A stretch of 64,000 nucleotides of DNA. Source: an uncultured bacterium (GTDB taxonomy: Bacteria > Babelota > Babeliae > Babelales > Babelaceae). The notes under the pieces were generated by a model. The model saw nothing but the letters and a program-made list of their open reading frames with translations. It searched no databases and was not told the DNA's origin. Shown here piece by piece: positions 21,160 through 30,894 of this stretch. The position numbers and the translations under genes are program-made. Within the stretch, counting starts at the first letter, position 1; every line of letters begins with the position of its first letter. The stretch is from the NCBI GenBank assembly GCA_963848965.1, contig CAWKFG010000004.1, forward strand, positions 384,001 to 448,000, in the 5' to 3' direction.

Positions 21160-21434
21160 CTTTCATAGGAATCCCCCTCTACAACCTCCTTTATATGCCT
21201 CTTTAATAATCCTACCAGTAAAGTTTCTTTGGATTTCCCCTGTTCTTATATTTTTAGCTTATTGACAGATAAGAAATATTAGTTAAAATATATTATACTT
21301 AAGCATATTTTTCAAAATGCTTACACGTAAAATTTCTTTGAAGGGTACACGGGGGGAATATGTTACCGTTTATCTCTTTATACGTTATATCACTCATGTA
21401 TTAAATCTTAAACATTTAAACAAGGATAACTATT

Positions 21435-22499
21435 ATGAATTTAAGATTATTGGTATTACCGCTTCTTTTAGCTATTGGGTCAGGTACGCTGGCTCGTGTA
21501 ACTAATAGAGTACTTGATTCTCGAGAGAGTCTTGTGCTACAACAACACCAAGATGTTACACAACTACGTAGCTATCTTGTTCAGCATGATAATTGGTCAT
21601 GTGGACTGAGATGTGTATTTCATGTTATGGCCTTTGAAAAAGCATTACAAAATCCAAACAATTTCGAAGCTACTCTTAAACACCATCTTCAAGATGCAGC
21701 ACTATTGAACACGCTCGATAGTAAGTACTGCAATAACCATGGCTTATCAAATAGAACTATTATGCATATGGCAAAAGAGCTTGGCTTTGGAAACAGATTG
21801 CTTTGTTTAGCAATGAATGACCGTAATAACATTCTTTATATGGATACCGTACGCATTCCCTGGGGAGCGTCAAAGGCTGATATTGAACATGCAAGAAACC
21901 AAAAGCTTAAAGAAACGCTTAACGATTTTACCTCTCGAGTAAAAAGAGCACCGCAAGCAGTTTATTTTATAGCAGGAACAGAAGGTCACTGGATCTTGTA
22001 TGCTCTTGTAAACTTACCAAATAAACCTGCTCAATTATATCTCATTGATTCTTGTAACGTAGGACTCAGAGTACAAAGAAAACTATATGTTGATTTCTTT
22101 AAGCCATATGTACAAGAAGTTAACAATGGCAAACATATTCAACCAGCTCCTGCAAAGCCTGTTATAACTCCTGCTATTGCAGCACATATTGTAAAGAAGG
22201 TTAAGCCAGCTCAACAAGCACAACAGAAGAAGCAACAAAAAAGAGTTCCTAACAAGAAGCGTCCTGCAAAAAAACATATTCGCAGGCCAAAAACAACTCG
22301 TAAACCAAAACGGCATGTACATCGTAGACCTATAGCTAAACCTGCTCCACGTCCTGCACAAAGAGTGCAAGTACGAGTACATCCAGCTGCTGCAAAGGCG
22401 CTATGGCTTGCTCTTAATAAGCAAAAACCAGCACAAGTACAAAGAAATTCTTTAACTCCTTTTGCTTATGCAATCTTTCAAAAATATAGCAATCGATAA
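21435..22499 (+). CDS. Putative papain-fold cysteine protease (paralog 2) with basic C-terminal tail
   Basis: QHDNWSCGLR...GHWILY...YLIDS; Lys/Arg/Pro-rich tail. Confidence 0.6.
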   Translation: MNLRLLVLPLLLAIGSGTLARVTNRVLDSRESLVLQQHQDVTQLRSYLVQHDNWSCGLRCVFHVMAFEKALQNPNNFEATLKHHLQDAALLNTLDSKYCNNHGLSNRTIMHMAKELGFGNRLLCLAMNDRNNILYMDTVRIPWGASKADIEHARNQKLKETLNDFTSRVKRAPQAVYFIAGTEGHWILYALVNLPNKPAQLYLIDSCNVGLRVQRKLYVDFFKPYVQEVNNGKHIQPAPAKPVITPAIAAHIVKKVKPAQQAQQKKQQKRVPNKKRPAKKHIRRPKTTRKPKRHVHRRPIAKPAPRPAQRVQVRVHPAAAKALWLALNKQKPAQVQRNSLTPFAYAIFQKYSNR

Positions 22500-22538
22500 A
22501 TAACCTGTCACCAACTATACTGTTGGCTTTCACAAAAT

Positions 22539-22569
22539 AAAAAAGCTCCCGTTTTCGGGAGCTTTTTTT
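22539..22569. terminator. Bidirectional intrinsic terminator
   Basis: AAAAAAGCTCCCG-TTTT-CGGGAGCTTTTTTT between convergent genes. Confidence 0.85.
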
Positions 22570-22578
22570 GTAGTTAAG

Positions 22579-23979
22579 TTACTTAATAATTTTACCTTCT
22601 TTAACGAGCTCTGTATTCTTTTTACCAACATAGAATGCTGCTAGGAGCCAAGCTCCTATAAGACCAAAGCCAAAAAAAGAGCCATAAGTCATAAGGTCTT
22701 GTGCGCTATGTTTAAACGTATTTGTCACTTGTGCTCCCGCCGATTTTGCAAAGCGACTTCCAAAAGTATCAATCCAGCCTTTAGATTTAAACTTAGCATC
22801 TTTGCTGGTTGGTATATACATCATCTCTTTTGTAGGATTATTAACTGCATAGCCTATACTCTTAATAAGTACCATAGCTGCAAAAGTTACCCACAATAGT
22901 ATAGTAGGAGTGTACGTTCCTAATTGGAAATACCCCAAGAGAGCCCCGAGTGTAATTGCAAAAGCAACCGGATAGATAAGAAGGCTTACACGAACACCAA
23001 AACGCTTAATGATATAGCTTGTGCCAAGTAATGCTATAAGTAATGAAATAACATTAATACTTACGCCGTACCACGCTTGAAACTGAGCAAAGGCAACATC
23101 ACTTACGTAAGTTGGCGACATACAAGCTTGTGTGTACATCTGATATTCTATAATCTGAGCAATCGCTTCATACACGGTAGAGACAACGAGCACTCCAAGC
23201 AAGTAAGGCCGTGTTACCAAAAGCGTAAAACCAGAGATAAACCCTTGTAGAAAGCCCTCTTTTTCCTTCTCAGTTGCCGTTGCTTCTTTATTACCTATAA
23301 GCTGTTCCGGGGGTATAACATGCATAAAATAACGAACAGAAGGAATTACAGCAAAAACAAAAAAACTTGCAAGCAATAGAATAGGCCATAATGTTCCAAT
23401 ATAAGGAGAAAAAAGCAACGTAGCAGAACCTGCAACTGCACCCAGTTGAGCCATTGCTACAATAAAGGGAAATCCTCTTTTAGCAGCCTCAGAAGTAGTT
23501 ATACTGTTAGTAAACGACCAAAAAAGCGTTACAATAAGAGATCCAAAGCTTTCTATAGCAAAATAGCTTATCCATCCTGCTAGTGCTAGAGATAACTTCC
23601 CTACTGCTTGAACTCCAAGCCAATCCTTTGCAAGTAATACTCCAGCTGTTCCTGCAAATATAAGTCCATACAGCGTACATAGCACATAAAATAGCTGATG
23701 TTTCTTAAATATATCAACCAACTTTGAATACACCAGTACCAAAATAAGTACCACAAACGGAGACCAGAACTTAGCAACAGGTTGTAATAAACGGCCTTGA
23801 TCTGGCAACCATCCTAAACTTTCTGGAAACGCTACTTTCAAGAAAATAGTATTCTTCAGTAAGCGTAAGAGCCAGTAAGTGCCAATAATAAGAAAAAATA
23901 TAAAGGAAAGTAAACTGAATTTACGAAGATCTTCGTCTTTAAGATCAGGGTAAAAATACCGTGTAATATGCCCTATCAT
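22579..23979 (-). CDS. ATP/ADP translocase (NTT/TLC family nucleotide transporter)
   Basis: About 12 TM segments; LLRLLKN, ESFGSL..LFWSF, KEMMYIP, KSKGWID..GSRFAKS. Confidence 0.88.
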   Translation of the reverse strand: MIGHITRYFYPDLKDEDLRKFSLLSFIFFLIIGTYWLLRLLKNTIFLKVAFPESLGWLPDQGRLLQPVAKFWSPFVVLILVLVYSKLVDIFKKHQLFYVLCTLYGLIFAGTAGVLLAKDWLGVQAVGKLSLALAGWISYFAIESFGSLIVTLFWSFTNSITTSEAAKRGFPFIVAMAQLGAVAGSATLLFSPYIGTLWPILLLASFFVFAVIPSVRYFMHVIPPEQLIGNKEATATEKEKEGFLQGFISGFTLLVTRPYLLGVLVVSTVYEAIAQIIEYQMYTQACMSPTYVSDVAFAQFQAWYGVSINVISLLIALLGTSYIIKRFGVRVSLLIYPVAFAITLGALLGYFQLGTYTPTILLWVTFAAMVLIKSIGYAVNNPTKEMMYIPTSKDAKFKSKGWIDTFGSRFAKSAGAQVTNTFKHSAQDLMTYGSFFGFGLIGAWLLAAFYVGKKNTELVKEGKIIK

Positions 23980-24227
23980 AAGGGGCCCTTTCTCATTAAG
24001 TATGATTCTAGCCTCTCGGCTTTTTAAAGCTTAATAAGGATATCCCTATATAAAACAGGAGCATGCTGCATTGTTAGCATCTCACAAAATTAACATTTTG
24101 TCAAAAAAATCTTTGCCTGCCATTAGAATAATCGATCTTTCTCAACAAGCATGCTTATACAAATTGAAATTTAATCAGTATGTAGTATACTAATAAGTGT
24201 TAATGAATTTCTTAATCGGAGTATAGT

Positions 24228-25388
24228 ATGAAAATCAAACTACTTATAAGCACTCTTCTTTGCTTTTCTTTACAAGCAATGGAAAGTAATCAAGTTCAAG
24301 CTAAAGAAGTAAAAACAGTCTTTGCTCGAACACCACTTGTTCTTCATTTTTCACACATTTACGCTCAAGGTATAGCAACACACATTCTACAAGACAAGGC
24401 ACTAAAGCTGGTAAAAGGATGCCCTTTAGCTCTAGAGCTACCTGCAGATAAAGAGCACGCTATAACTGCTGCCTTTACCTCTTTAGCTCAAAAAATGCCT
24501 GAGGGGCTTGTAAGAAAGATAGCCTTAATGCTCGCTTTTCATATACTCTTTAGTAAAGAGATATCGAGTGAAAAAAGCTCTCTTCTTTCATTAGTAATTC
24601 CTTACCTTACTCTTTCACAACAAACAATGTTTGACCATATTCGAATAACTATTTTAAGTACTTTATCGGTAGAACATCCAGATACTCTTTTGCCTATTGC
24701 CTTAACACAGCATACTACAACGCTTTTACATTTGGCTGTTACTATAAAAGATAAAGAGGTACTTCAAGCTCTGCTATCCTTTAACTGCACTGTTGATATA
24801 CAAGACTCGCGAGGATATACCCCTTTACATTATACACAAGGAGAACATGAAACACTTAAATTGCTTCTTGAACATGGAGCAAACTGTACCATAGCTAATG
24901 GAACAGGTACCTATCCTATTGAAGATGCATTTAATAGAGAGGACTTTGCAGGCATAAAGCTTCTTTTGCAAAAATCAGTACTTACAAAAAATAAGGATTT
25001 ACTTTCAAAAATAGCTTATCGTGCTAGCTTTATCCCTGAGCCCGAGATACCATCTCTTATTGAACGAATGTTCAAAGACAACGGCGTTTATGAAGAATTA
25101 CCATTTTCACTAAAAGTATATCTTGCTATTGCAGCTCATAATCCTTATTTATTTAAGCTCTTTGATGGTTCTTATCATGAACCAGATGCCTTTTCGGTTT
25201 TGCCATTTGGCGATACTTTGCTTCATCTAGCAGTACGATCTGGCAACAAGCAAGCAGTAGAGTATTTCTTAAAAAATGGCTTTGATACAAATAAAGCAAA
25301 TGAATATGGAAGAACGCCTTTGCATGACGCAAGAGCATTAAATAATACAGAGATCATTGAATTGCTTACACAAGCAATAGACGTATAA
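24228..25388 (+). CDS. Secreted ankyrin repeat protein
   Basis: Signal peptide then AME; GYTPLH, GDTLLHLA, GRTPLH. Confidence 0.85.
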   Translation: MKIKLLISTLLCFSLQAMESNQVQAKEVKTVFARTPLVLHFSHIYAQGIATHILQDKALKLVKGCPLALELPADKEHAITAAFTSLAQKMPEGLVRKIALMLAFHILFSKEISSEKSSLLSLVIPYLTLSQQTMFDHIRITILSTLSVEHPDTLLPIALTQHTTTLLHLAVTIKDKEVLQALLSFNCTVDIQDSRGYTPLHYTQGEHETLKLLLEHGANCTIANGTGTYPIEDAFNREDFAGIKLLLQKSVLTKNKDLLSKIAYRASFIPEPEIPSLIERMFKDNGVYEELPFSLKVYLAIAAHNPYLFKLFDGSYHEPDAFSVLPFGDTLLHLAVRSGNKQAVEYFLKNGFDTNKANEYGRTPLHDARALNNTEIIELLTQAIDV

Positions 25389-25492
25389 GCTTTGTAACTG
25401 GCTTTTAAGTCAGAGCCATAACCATGGTTTTGCTACGGGCTATCTTGCCGATGTAAGATAGCTTCCACTTGGAGTCAGGATAATTTACTTTT

Positions 25493-26518
25493 CTAAGCTG
25501 CTTCTTTTGTAAATTCTAAGAGAGCATCTTGCATTTCGCTTGGTAATATACCAATGAAAGATTTTGGATTAGATACTTGATCAGAATCTTGAGCTAGTGT
25601 AGTGACAACTTTTACATGGACACTTTTTTCAAGCATGTTTAGTATAGCGCGATACATAAGTTGCTCGCTCAGAGTAAGATCCGCTCGGCGCAAAATTCCA
25701 ATTATAACATCGTACGCAGGAATAGGATTGGCTCTTGCTCCTAACAACACTTTTACCATAATATCTTTGCCTCGGCCTGCAGCCAAAACAAGAGCACGGG
25801 CCTTCTCTTCTGATGAGCATGTTCTCAATAAATTGTTTAATCTATCTAGGTTTCCATCTACTCCGCTAAATATTTCTGCATCTGCAGATAGAATGTAAAA
25901 AGATAACATATCATGAGCAAATAACTTAGAAGTATCTAATATAAGGCCACTTTTATGTATCTCATTAACTACAACCTTACAGGCATTGTCTTCTGTTAAT
26001 AGTCCATAGAGCCTTCGTAGACCTGTTAGAGGATTAAATACTTGAGAAATCTCATAAGCTATCAAGTCACTTGTTTCTGGTTCAACTTTAGCTCCATAAA
26101 TATAAAGAAGTCGTGCCATTTCTGAGGATATTTTATCGTAAGTAAAGAATACAAGTTCTCTTTCACTTACATAACTATTATAAGAATAACTCTCTCCTAA
26201 GTAGATGGGGCATATGGTGTTCCTTTTTAGAGCATTGCCTAGTGAAGCTCCCTTGCCAAGTAATAAAGAGGCAATCGATATGTGATTGCGCATAATTGCT
26301 ATCCCTAATGCTGTGGATCCTTTTGGATCTTGCGCATTAATATCAGCTCCTTTTTTTAGGGCAGAGTCTACTTCTTCAAGAGTACCTCCAGCTGCAGCTG
26401 TTAGAAGCTTTTTATTATAAGTATCTTTCATTGATACTAAATCCTCCATTAATATCATGCTATAAATAGAAAAAGAGGTACACACAAAAAGTAATAAACT
26501 CAATACTAGTTTCATCAT
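25493..26518 (-). CDS. Ankyrin repeat protein with C-terminal F-box-like motif
   Basis: GADINAQD.KGSTAL; C-terminal FIGILPSEMQDALL. Confidence 0.78.
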   Translation of the reverse strand: MMKLVLSLLLFVCTSFSIYSMILMEDLVSMKDTYNKKLLTAAAGGTLEEVDSALKKGADINAQDPKGSTALGIAIMRNHISIASLLLGKGASLGNALKRNTICPIYLGESYSYNSYVSERELVFFTYDKISSEMARLLYIYGAKVEPETSDLIAYEISQVFNPLTGLRRLYGLLTEDNACKVVVNEIHKSGLILDTSKLFAHDMLSFYILSADAEIFSGVDGNLDRLNNLLRTCSSEEKARALVLAAGRGKDIMVKVLLGARANPIPAYDVIIGILRRADLTLSEQLMYRAILNMLEKSVHVKVVTTLAQDSDQVSNPKSFIGILPSEMQDALLEFTKEAA

Positions 26519-26853
26519 ATCTTTCCCTTCACTTAATACCTAAAAGCTATAAATTAACCATTATTATATCCAAAAGTTTATATTTATCAAGAAAATACAC
26601 GCGAAGTAATTTTACTTGCTGTGCTCGATAACATTTTGTATATTTTAATGTACAATTATTGCATATCTTTAAGAAGCAGGAGAAAACTAAAGACATCAAG
26701 CAGCTTCTAGAAGAGTTAAGCAACAATTCTTAAGCAGTCGCCTATTCTTTATTCACCATTTTACACAATTTTAAATTTAAATAACTTGGATTTTTGCTAT
26801 TTTTTAAGTTATAATAATTCAAATAGAAAAATAATTAACAGAAAGAGGATTCC

Positions 26854-27666
26854 ATGACAAAATATCTTATTTTACTATCCCTAACCTATACCATAGGTAT
26901 TAATAGTATGAGCCCTGAAACAACCCAGGAAACTCTGATAGGCCTATTACCCATAGAGCTACAGAGCGAGCTTTTCAAGTTTAATATTGGAAACGCTCTA
27001 CATCAAATACAGACCGCTGCAACTATAGATGAGGCTATAAAAAGGTCAAAAGATCTACCAATGACAAATCTTGCAGTAGCAAGTACTATTATTGAAGCTA
27101 TTTTTAGGAAATTTCCTGCAACTCAAATAGGAGAACTGGGACCTAGAAGGAGAGAAGCACTCATGTTTGCATCAACAAAACGGGGAGATATCGCTAAAAA
27201 ATTAGGGGCTCAAGTATGGCTTGATGAACAAGCTATAAAAGCTCCCAATGAAGATCAACTCATAAAAGCTATTAGAAGCGGATCAAACGTAGAAACAATA
27301 AAAAATCTCATAGAAAAACAACACGTAAACTCGAATGTACCCTTTAGTACTGTAGGTGAATCTGCACTGAATGAGGTAATAGACTCAACAAGCTATAGCT
27401 TAGAGCAAAAGTTAGAACTTCTAAGATATTTACTTGAGCATAAAGCAGATCCTAATCAACCCTATGGACAAAGCACGTTACCCCTTATTCACGCAATAAA
27501 AAAATTGCCAGAAGCAGTACCATTGTTACTTGAATATAAAGCTAATCCTTCTTTACAGCTTTATCTTTCAGGGCAAACAGCTTTAGATGTTGCTCAATAC
27601 TTAGGAAAAACAGAAATTGTTAATCTCCTAAAGGAGACATTACAAAAAACAAGTGCGAAAGCCTAA
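26854..27666 (+). CDS. Secreted ankyrin repeat protein with F-box-like motif
   Basis: LIGLLPIELQSELF after the signal peptide; ADPN, ANP, GQTALDVA. Confidence 0.8.
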   Translation: MTKYLILLSLTYTIGINSMSPETTQETLIGLLPIELQSELFKFNIGNALHQIQTAATIDEAIKRSKDLPMTNLAVASTIIEAIFRKFPATQIGELGPRRREALMFASTKRGDIAKKLGAQVWLDEQAIKAPNEDQLIKAIRSGSNVETIKNLIEKQHVNSNVPFSTVGESALNEVIDSTSYSLEQKLELLRYLLEHKADPNQPYGQSTLPLIHAIKKLPEAVPLLLEYKANPSLQLYLSGQTALDVAQYLGKTEIVNLLKETLQKTSAKA

Positions 27667-27961
27667 CCTGATTAAGAGCTCCAATTTTACAATTGGAGCT
27701 TATCTTCTTAACTCATCTCAACACTTTCTTAATTAAACAGGGTAAAATTTACAACAATTCTTTTAGATGCTACAATCTTATCAAAATTATCACCAACAAA
27801 AGTTGAAAAGGTTTATGCCTCTATTATTTCTTGCGTTTCTAATTGGACTATAAGGCTTTCACATTTGATCACTACATCGGCACCTCAGCACAAACAGCTT
27901 GTTTTATAAATAATAAAATAGTAAAAATTTATTTAACACTATGCTTAAATAAGCTTATACA

Positions 27962-28495
27962 ATGAAAACCATAAAAATTGCTATAATCGGCAATGCTGGT
28001 TCAGGCAAATCAACATTAGCACAACAATTACGCGATATTCTGAACCTTCCTTTGTACCATTTAGACCAATACTTTTGGAAACCACACTGGACTCATCCAA
28101 ATATTGATGAATATAAACTAATTCATGATACCTTATGTAACCAAGAGATGTGGATCATCGATGGCATGAATCTAAAATTTTTAGACTATAGAGCGAGTAG
28201 AGCAGAAGTTATCATATTCTTAGACATTCCAAGATATATATGCTTGTGGCGAATCTTTAAACGAACTATCAAATACTACGGCAAAGAAACAGCAAGCAGC
28301 GCCCAACAGTGTCCAGAGAGGTTTAACTGGAAATTTATAAAATTTCTAAAATGGGTCTGGGATTTTAAAGCAAAGTATCCACCAAAGATTAGGAAATTGT
28401 TAAGTATTTATGAAGATACCAAAGAGGTCTATATTCTTAAATCATCCACAGAAATCAATCAGTTACTAGAAAAGTTAAATAAAAGCTTATTGTAA
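27962..28495 (+). CDS. P-loop kinase, FlaR/topology modulation protein family
   Basis: GNAGSGKST, LDQYFWKP.W, WIIDG, FLDIPR. Confidence 0.85.
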   Translation: MKTIKIAIIGNAGSGKSTLAQQLRDILNLPLYHLDQYFWKPHWTHPNIDEYKLIHDTLCNQEMWIIDGMNLKFLDYRASRAEVIIFLDIPRYICLWRIFKRTIKYYGKETASSAQQCPERFNWKFIKFLKWVWDFKAKYPPKIRKLLSIYEDTKEVYILKSSTEINQLLEKLNKSLL

Positions 28496-28596
28496 CTTGT
28501 TTTGTCTCAATAATTAAGTAATCTTAGAGAAGTCTCTTGTATGTTAAGAGATTAAAAAATAGAAGAGAAAGCCTTTTTAAATTAGTTAGGACTTTT

Positions 28597-30108
28597 ATGA
28601 AACTAAAAATAGGAATTTCATTTTTTCTCATAGCTCACATCTTGAGCCTATATAGCATGAAGCGTCCTATGGTAAGACACGAAGAGGAATTGTTAGAGGC
28701 AGTAAAAAAAGGTGAACTCAATCAAGTACAGCTCTTACTTTCTGGTGAATGTGATCTTACTGTGCGTGATAAAAACCGTGCTACACCATTAATAATAGTG
28801 GCCAAGCACGGATTTGCGGAAATTGTAGCTCTTCTATTAAACAAAGGCGCTGATATTCATGCAAAAGATCAAAATGGTAGTACCGCATTACTATGGGCTG
28901 CAACTAATAAGCATATCAGTGTTATAGCAGCACTGCTTGCCAAACAAGCTGAAATGAATGGTCATAATATAAGAGAAACTTTTGAAATGAATGGTCATAA
29001 TATAAGAAAAACTTTTGACTTGTTTCTGATTGCATATACTAAATATGAGGAAACACTATTGCTATTTATAACAGCAGCTCATGTTGTTGACAGTAAGCAT
29101 TGGTTTGAAACGGCTTTATTATGGTCAACACTGTATGTCTTTAGTGATATAGTAAAATTATTACTACCAGATAATGCCTACATTAAAACGGGAGATGTTG
29201 CTACAGATCAGTTAAAAATAACAGAGTTTCTTATAAATGCAGGTGCCGATATTAATGCCAAAGGCATGTATAGTAAAGATGCATTAACGTATGCTGCATG
29301 CGATGGCAACATAGAAGCTGTAGCACTCTTATTAGATAAAGGTGCTAACATTCACGCTCGCGATGACGAGGGCCGTACTCCTCTAATGTGGGCTGCAACT
29401 CAGGCTAAAGAGCAAACAGTTATTTTACTTCTTAAACGAGGTGCTAATATCAATGATAAAGAGCAATATGGTTATACTGCACTCTCAATCGCTTCATGTT
29501 ATAAGCGTTGGGAAAGTTATAATGGAACAATAGAATTGCTCGAACTTTGTAGCCAAGAAGGAGTAGATGCATATCTTAAAGATCCCTTACAATTTGCTCA
29601 AAGTCATTCAGTTTTAGATAAGAATTTAACAACACTGATGCTGGCATGCATATTTGGTCATAGAAATATTGTATCTCTTTATAAAGAAACTTCTATTGCA
29701 TACCTGAATACTCGAAATTCCTTTGGTCACACAGCCTTTGATTATGCTTTGCGATACAATCCTGACATTGCAGCTACTCTTATTACCTATTTCAATGCCA
29801 AAATTAATCAAATGAATACGTACCAACCTTCTAGCTTGATAGATACTATCCGTGCATATATACCGTTTTTTGGTAATAAAGTTTATAAAGGACAAGAGCT
29901 TCTTGAGCAAGCAATAAAACAAGGAAATATAAATTTAGTTAATGCTCTCTTAGGCCTCGGAGTACAACCAACCATTGAACTTGCACAAATGGCACGTGAA
30001 TTCGGTTATTTAAAAATCATGCATAGACTTCTTTTTGCTACTCTTGCTTCTTTACCTGAAGATACAAAAAATCCCCAAATTTTACTTTTAAGCAGTTTAT
30101 TTAAGTGA
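28597..30108 (+). CDS. Secreted ankyrin repeat protein
   Basis: Many ankyrin repeats (GADIHAKD, GRTPLMWAA); start moved to the ATG at 28597 behind AGGA (ORF track starts at 28537). Confidence 0.9.
   Translation: MKLKIGISFFLIAHILSLYSMKRPMVRHEEELLEAVKKGELNQVQLLLSGECDLTVRDKNRATPLIIVAKHGFAEIVALLLNKGADIHAKDQNGSTALLWAATNKHISVIAALLAKQAEMNGHNIRETFEMNGHNIRKTFDLFLIAYTKYEETLLLFITAAHVVDSKHWFETALLWSTLYVFSDIVKLLLPDNAYIKTGDVATDQLKITEFLINAGADINAKGMYSKDALTYAACDGNIEAVALLLDKGANIHARDDEGRTPLMWAATQAKEQTVILLLKRGANINDKEQYGYTALSIASCYKRWESYNGTIELLELCSQEGVDAYLKDPLQFAQSHSVLDKNLTTLMLACIFGHRNIVSLYKETSIAYLNTRNSFGHTAFDYALRYNPDIAATLITYFNAKINQMNTYQPSSLIDTIRAYIPFFGNKVYKGQELLEQAIKQGNINLVNALLGLGVQPTIELAQMAREFGYLKIMHRLLFATLASLPEDTKNPQILLLSSLFK
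28951..29016 (+). repeat. 33-bp in-frame tandem duplication (EMNGHNIR[E/K]TF x2)
   Basis: GAAATGAATGGTCATAATATAAGA[G/A]AAACTTTT twice, one mismatch. Confidence 0.95.
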
Positions 30109-30169
30109 TAAATTTACAATAAATCTTTTAAATGGTACAATTTTATTAAAGCCGTTACTTAAAAAATAG

Positions 30170-30811
30170 TTGTTGATACTTATGCATATACTTTTGTTTG
30201 CTTTTCTAAAAGGGCTCGTTTTTGGTATCACTATGGCGGCGATACCAGGTCCTATTTTTTTCCTGATAATACAACGAACATTATCTGATGGGGCACGTAT
30301 AGGTTTGGCTTGTGGACTTGGAGCAATAACTGCTGATACAGTATACGCACTTATTGCAGCTATTGGCCTTTCTTTTATTATGCAGTTCCTTATCACTTAT
30401 CAAATATTGATCACTAGTGCTGGAGGACTCTTTCTTCTCTATTTAGGCATTACAACAATGTATCGTAAACCTTCATATCAAACAACTGTCGTACAAAATA
30501 ACAAACTTATTACTGCTTGGTTTTCCACTTTTCTGCTTACTCTGACTAATCCAGTAACTGTCATATCCTATTGTATTATCTTTGCCGGACTTGGTATTGA
30601 TGCTGTACAGCATAATCGTGGGGCAATTTTTTCCTTAGTTGCTGGACTAATAACTGGAGCAGCTTGTGTCGTACTAGTGCTAGTAGGCTCTCTTTTATAC
30701 TTTCGACAAAAACTATCAACTTCAACAATACGCACAATTAACAAAGCTGCAGGAATTATATTAATTGTTTTCGGAATTACTGCTATTCTACGTAGTATTA
30801 GGTGTTTTTGA
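30170..30811 (+). CDS. LysE family transporter
   Basis: IPGP, GLGAITAD, GGLFLLYLG, LTLTNP. Confidence 0.9.
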   Translation: MLILMHILLFAFLKGLVFGITMAAIPGPIFFLIIQRTLSDGARIGLACGLGAITADTVYALIAAIGLSFIMQFLITYQILITSAGGLFLLYLGITTMYRKPSYQTTVVQNNKLITAWFSTFLLTLTNPVTVISYCIIFAGLGIDAVQHNRGAIFSLVAGLITGAACVVLVLVGSLLYFRQKLSTSTIRTINKAAGIILIVFGITAILRSIRCF

Positions 30812-30894
30812 ATAAAGGTATAATGTTTAAGCTAACCGCAATTTCAGATAAAGAGACTTTCTCAAAAAAGATATAATCAAACTTTACGGAATTT

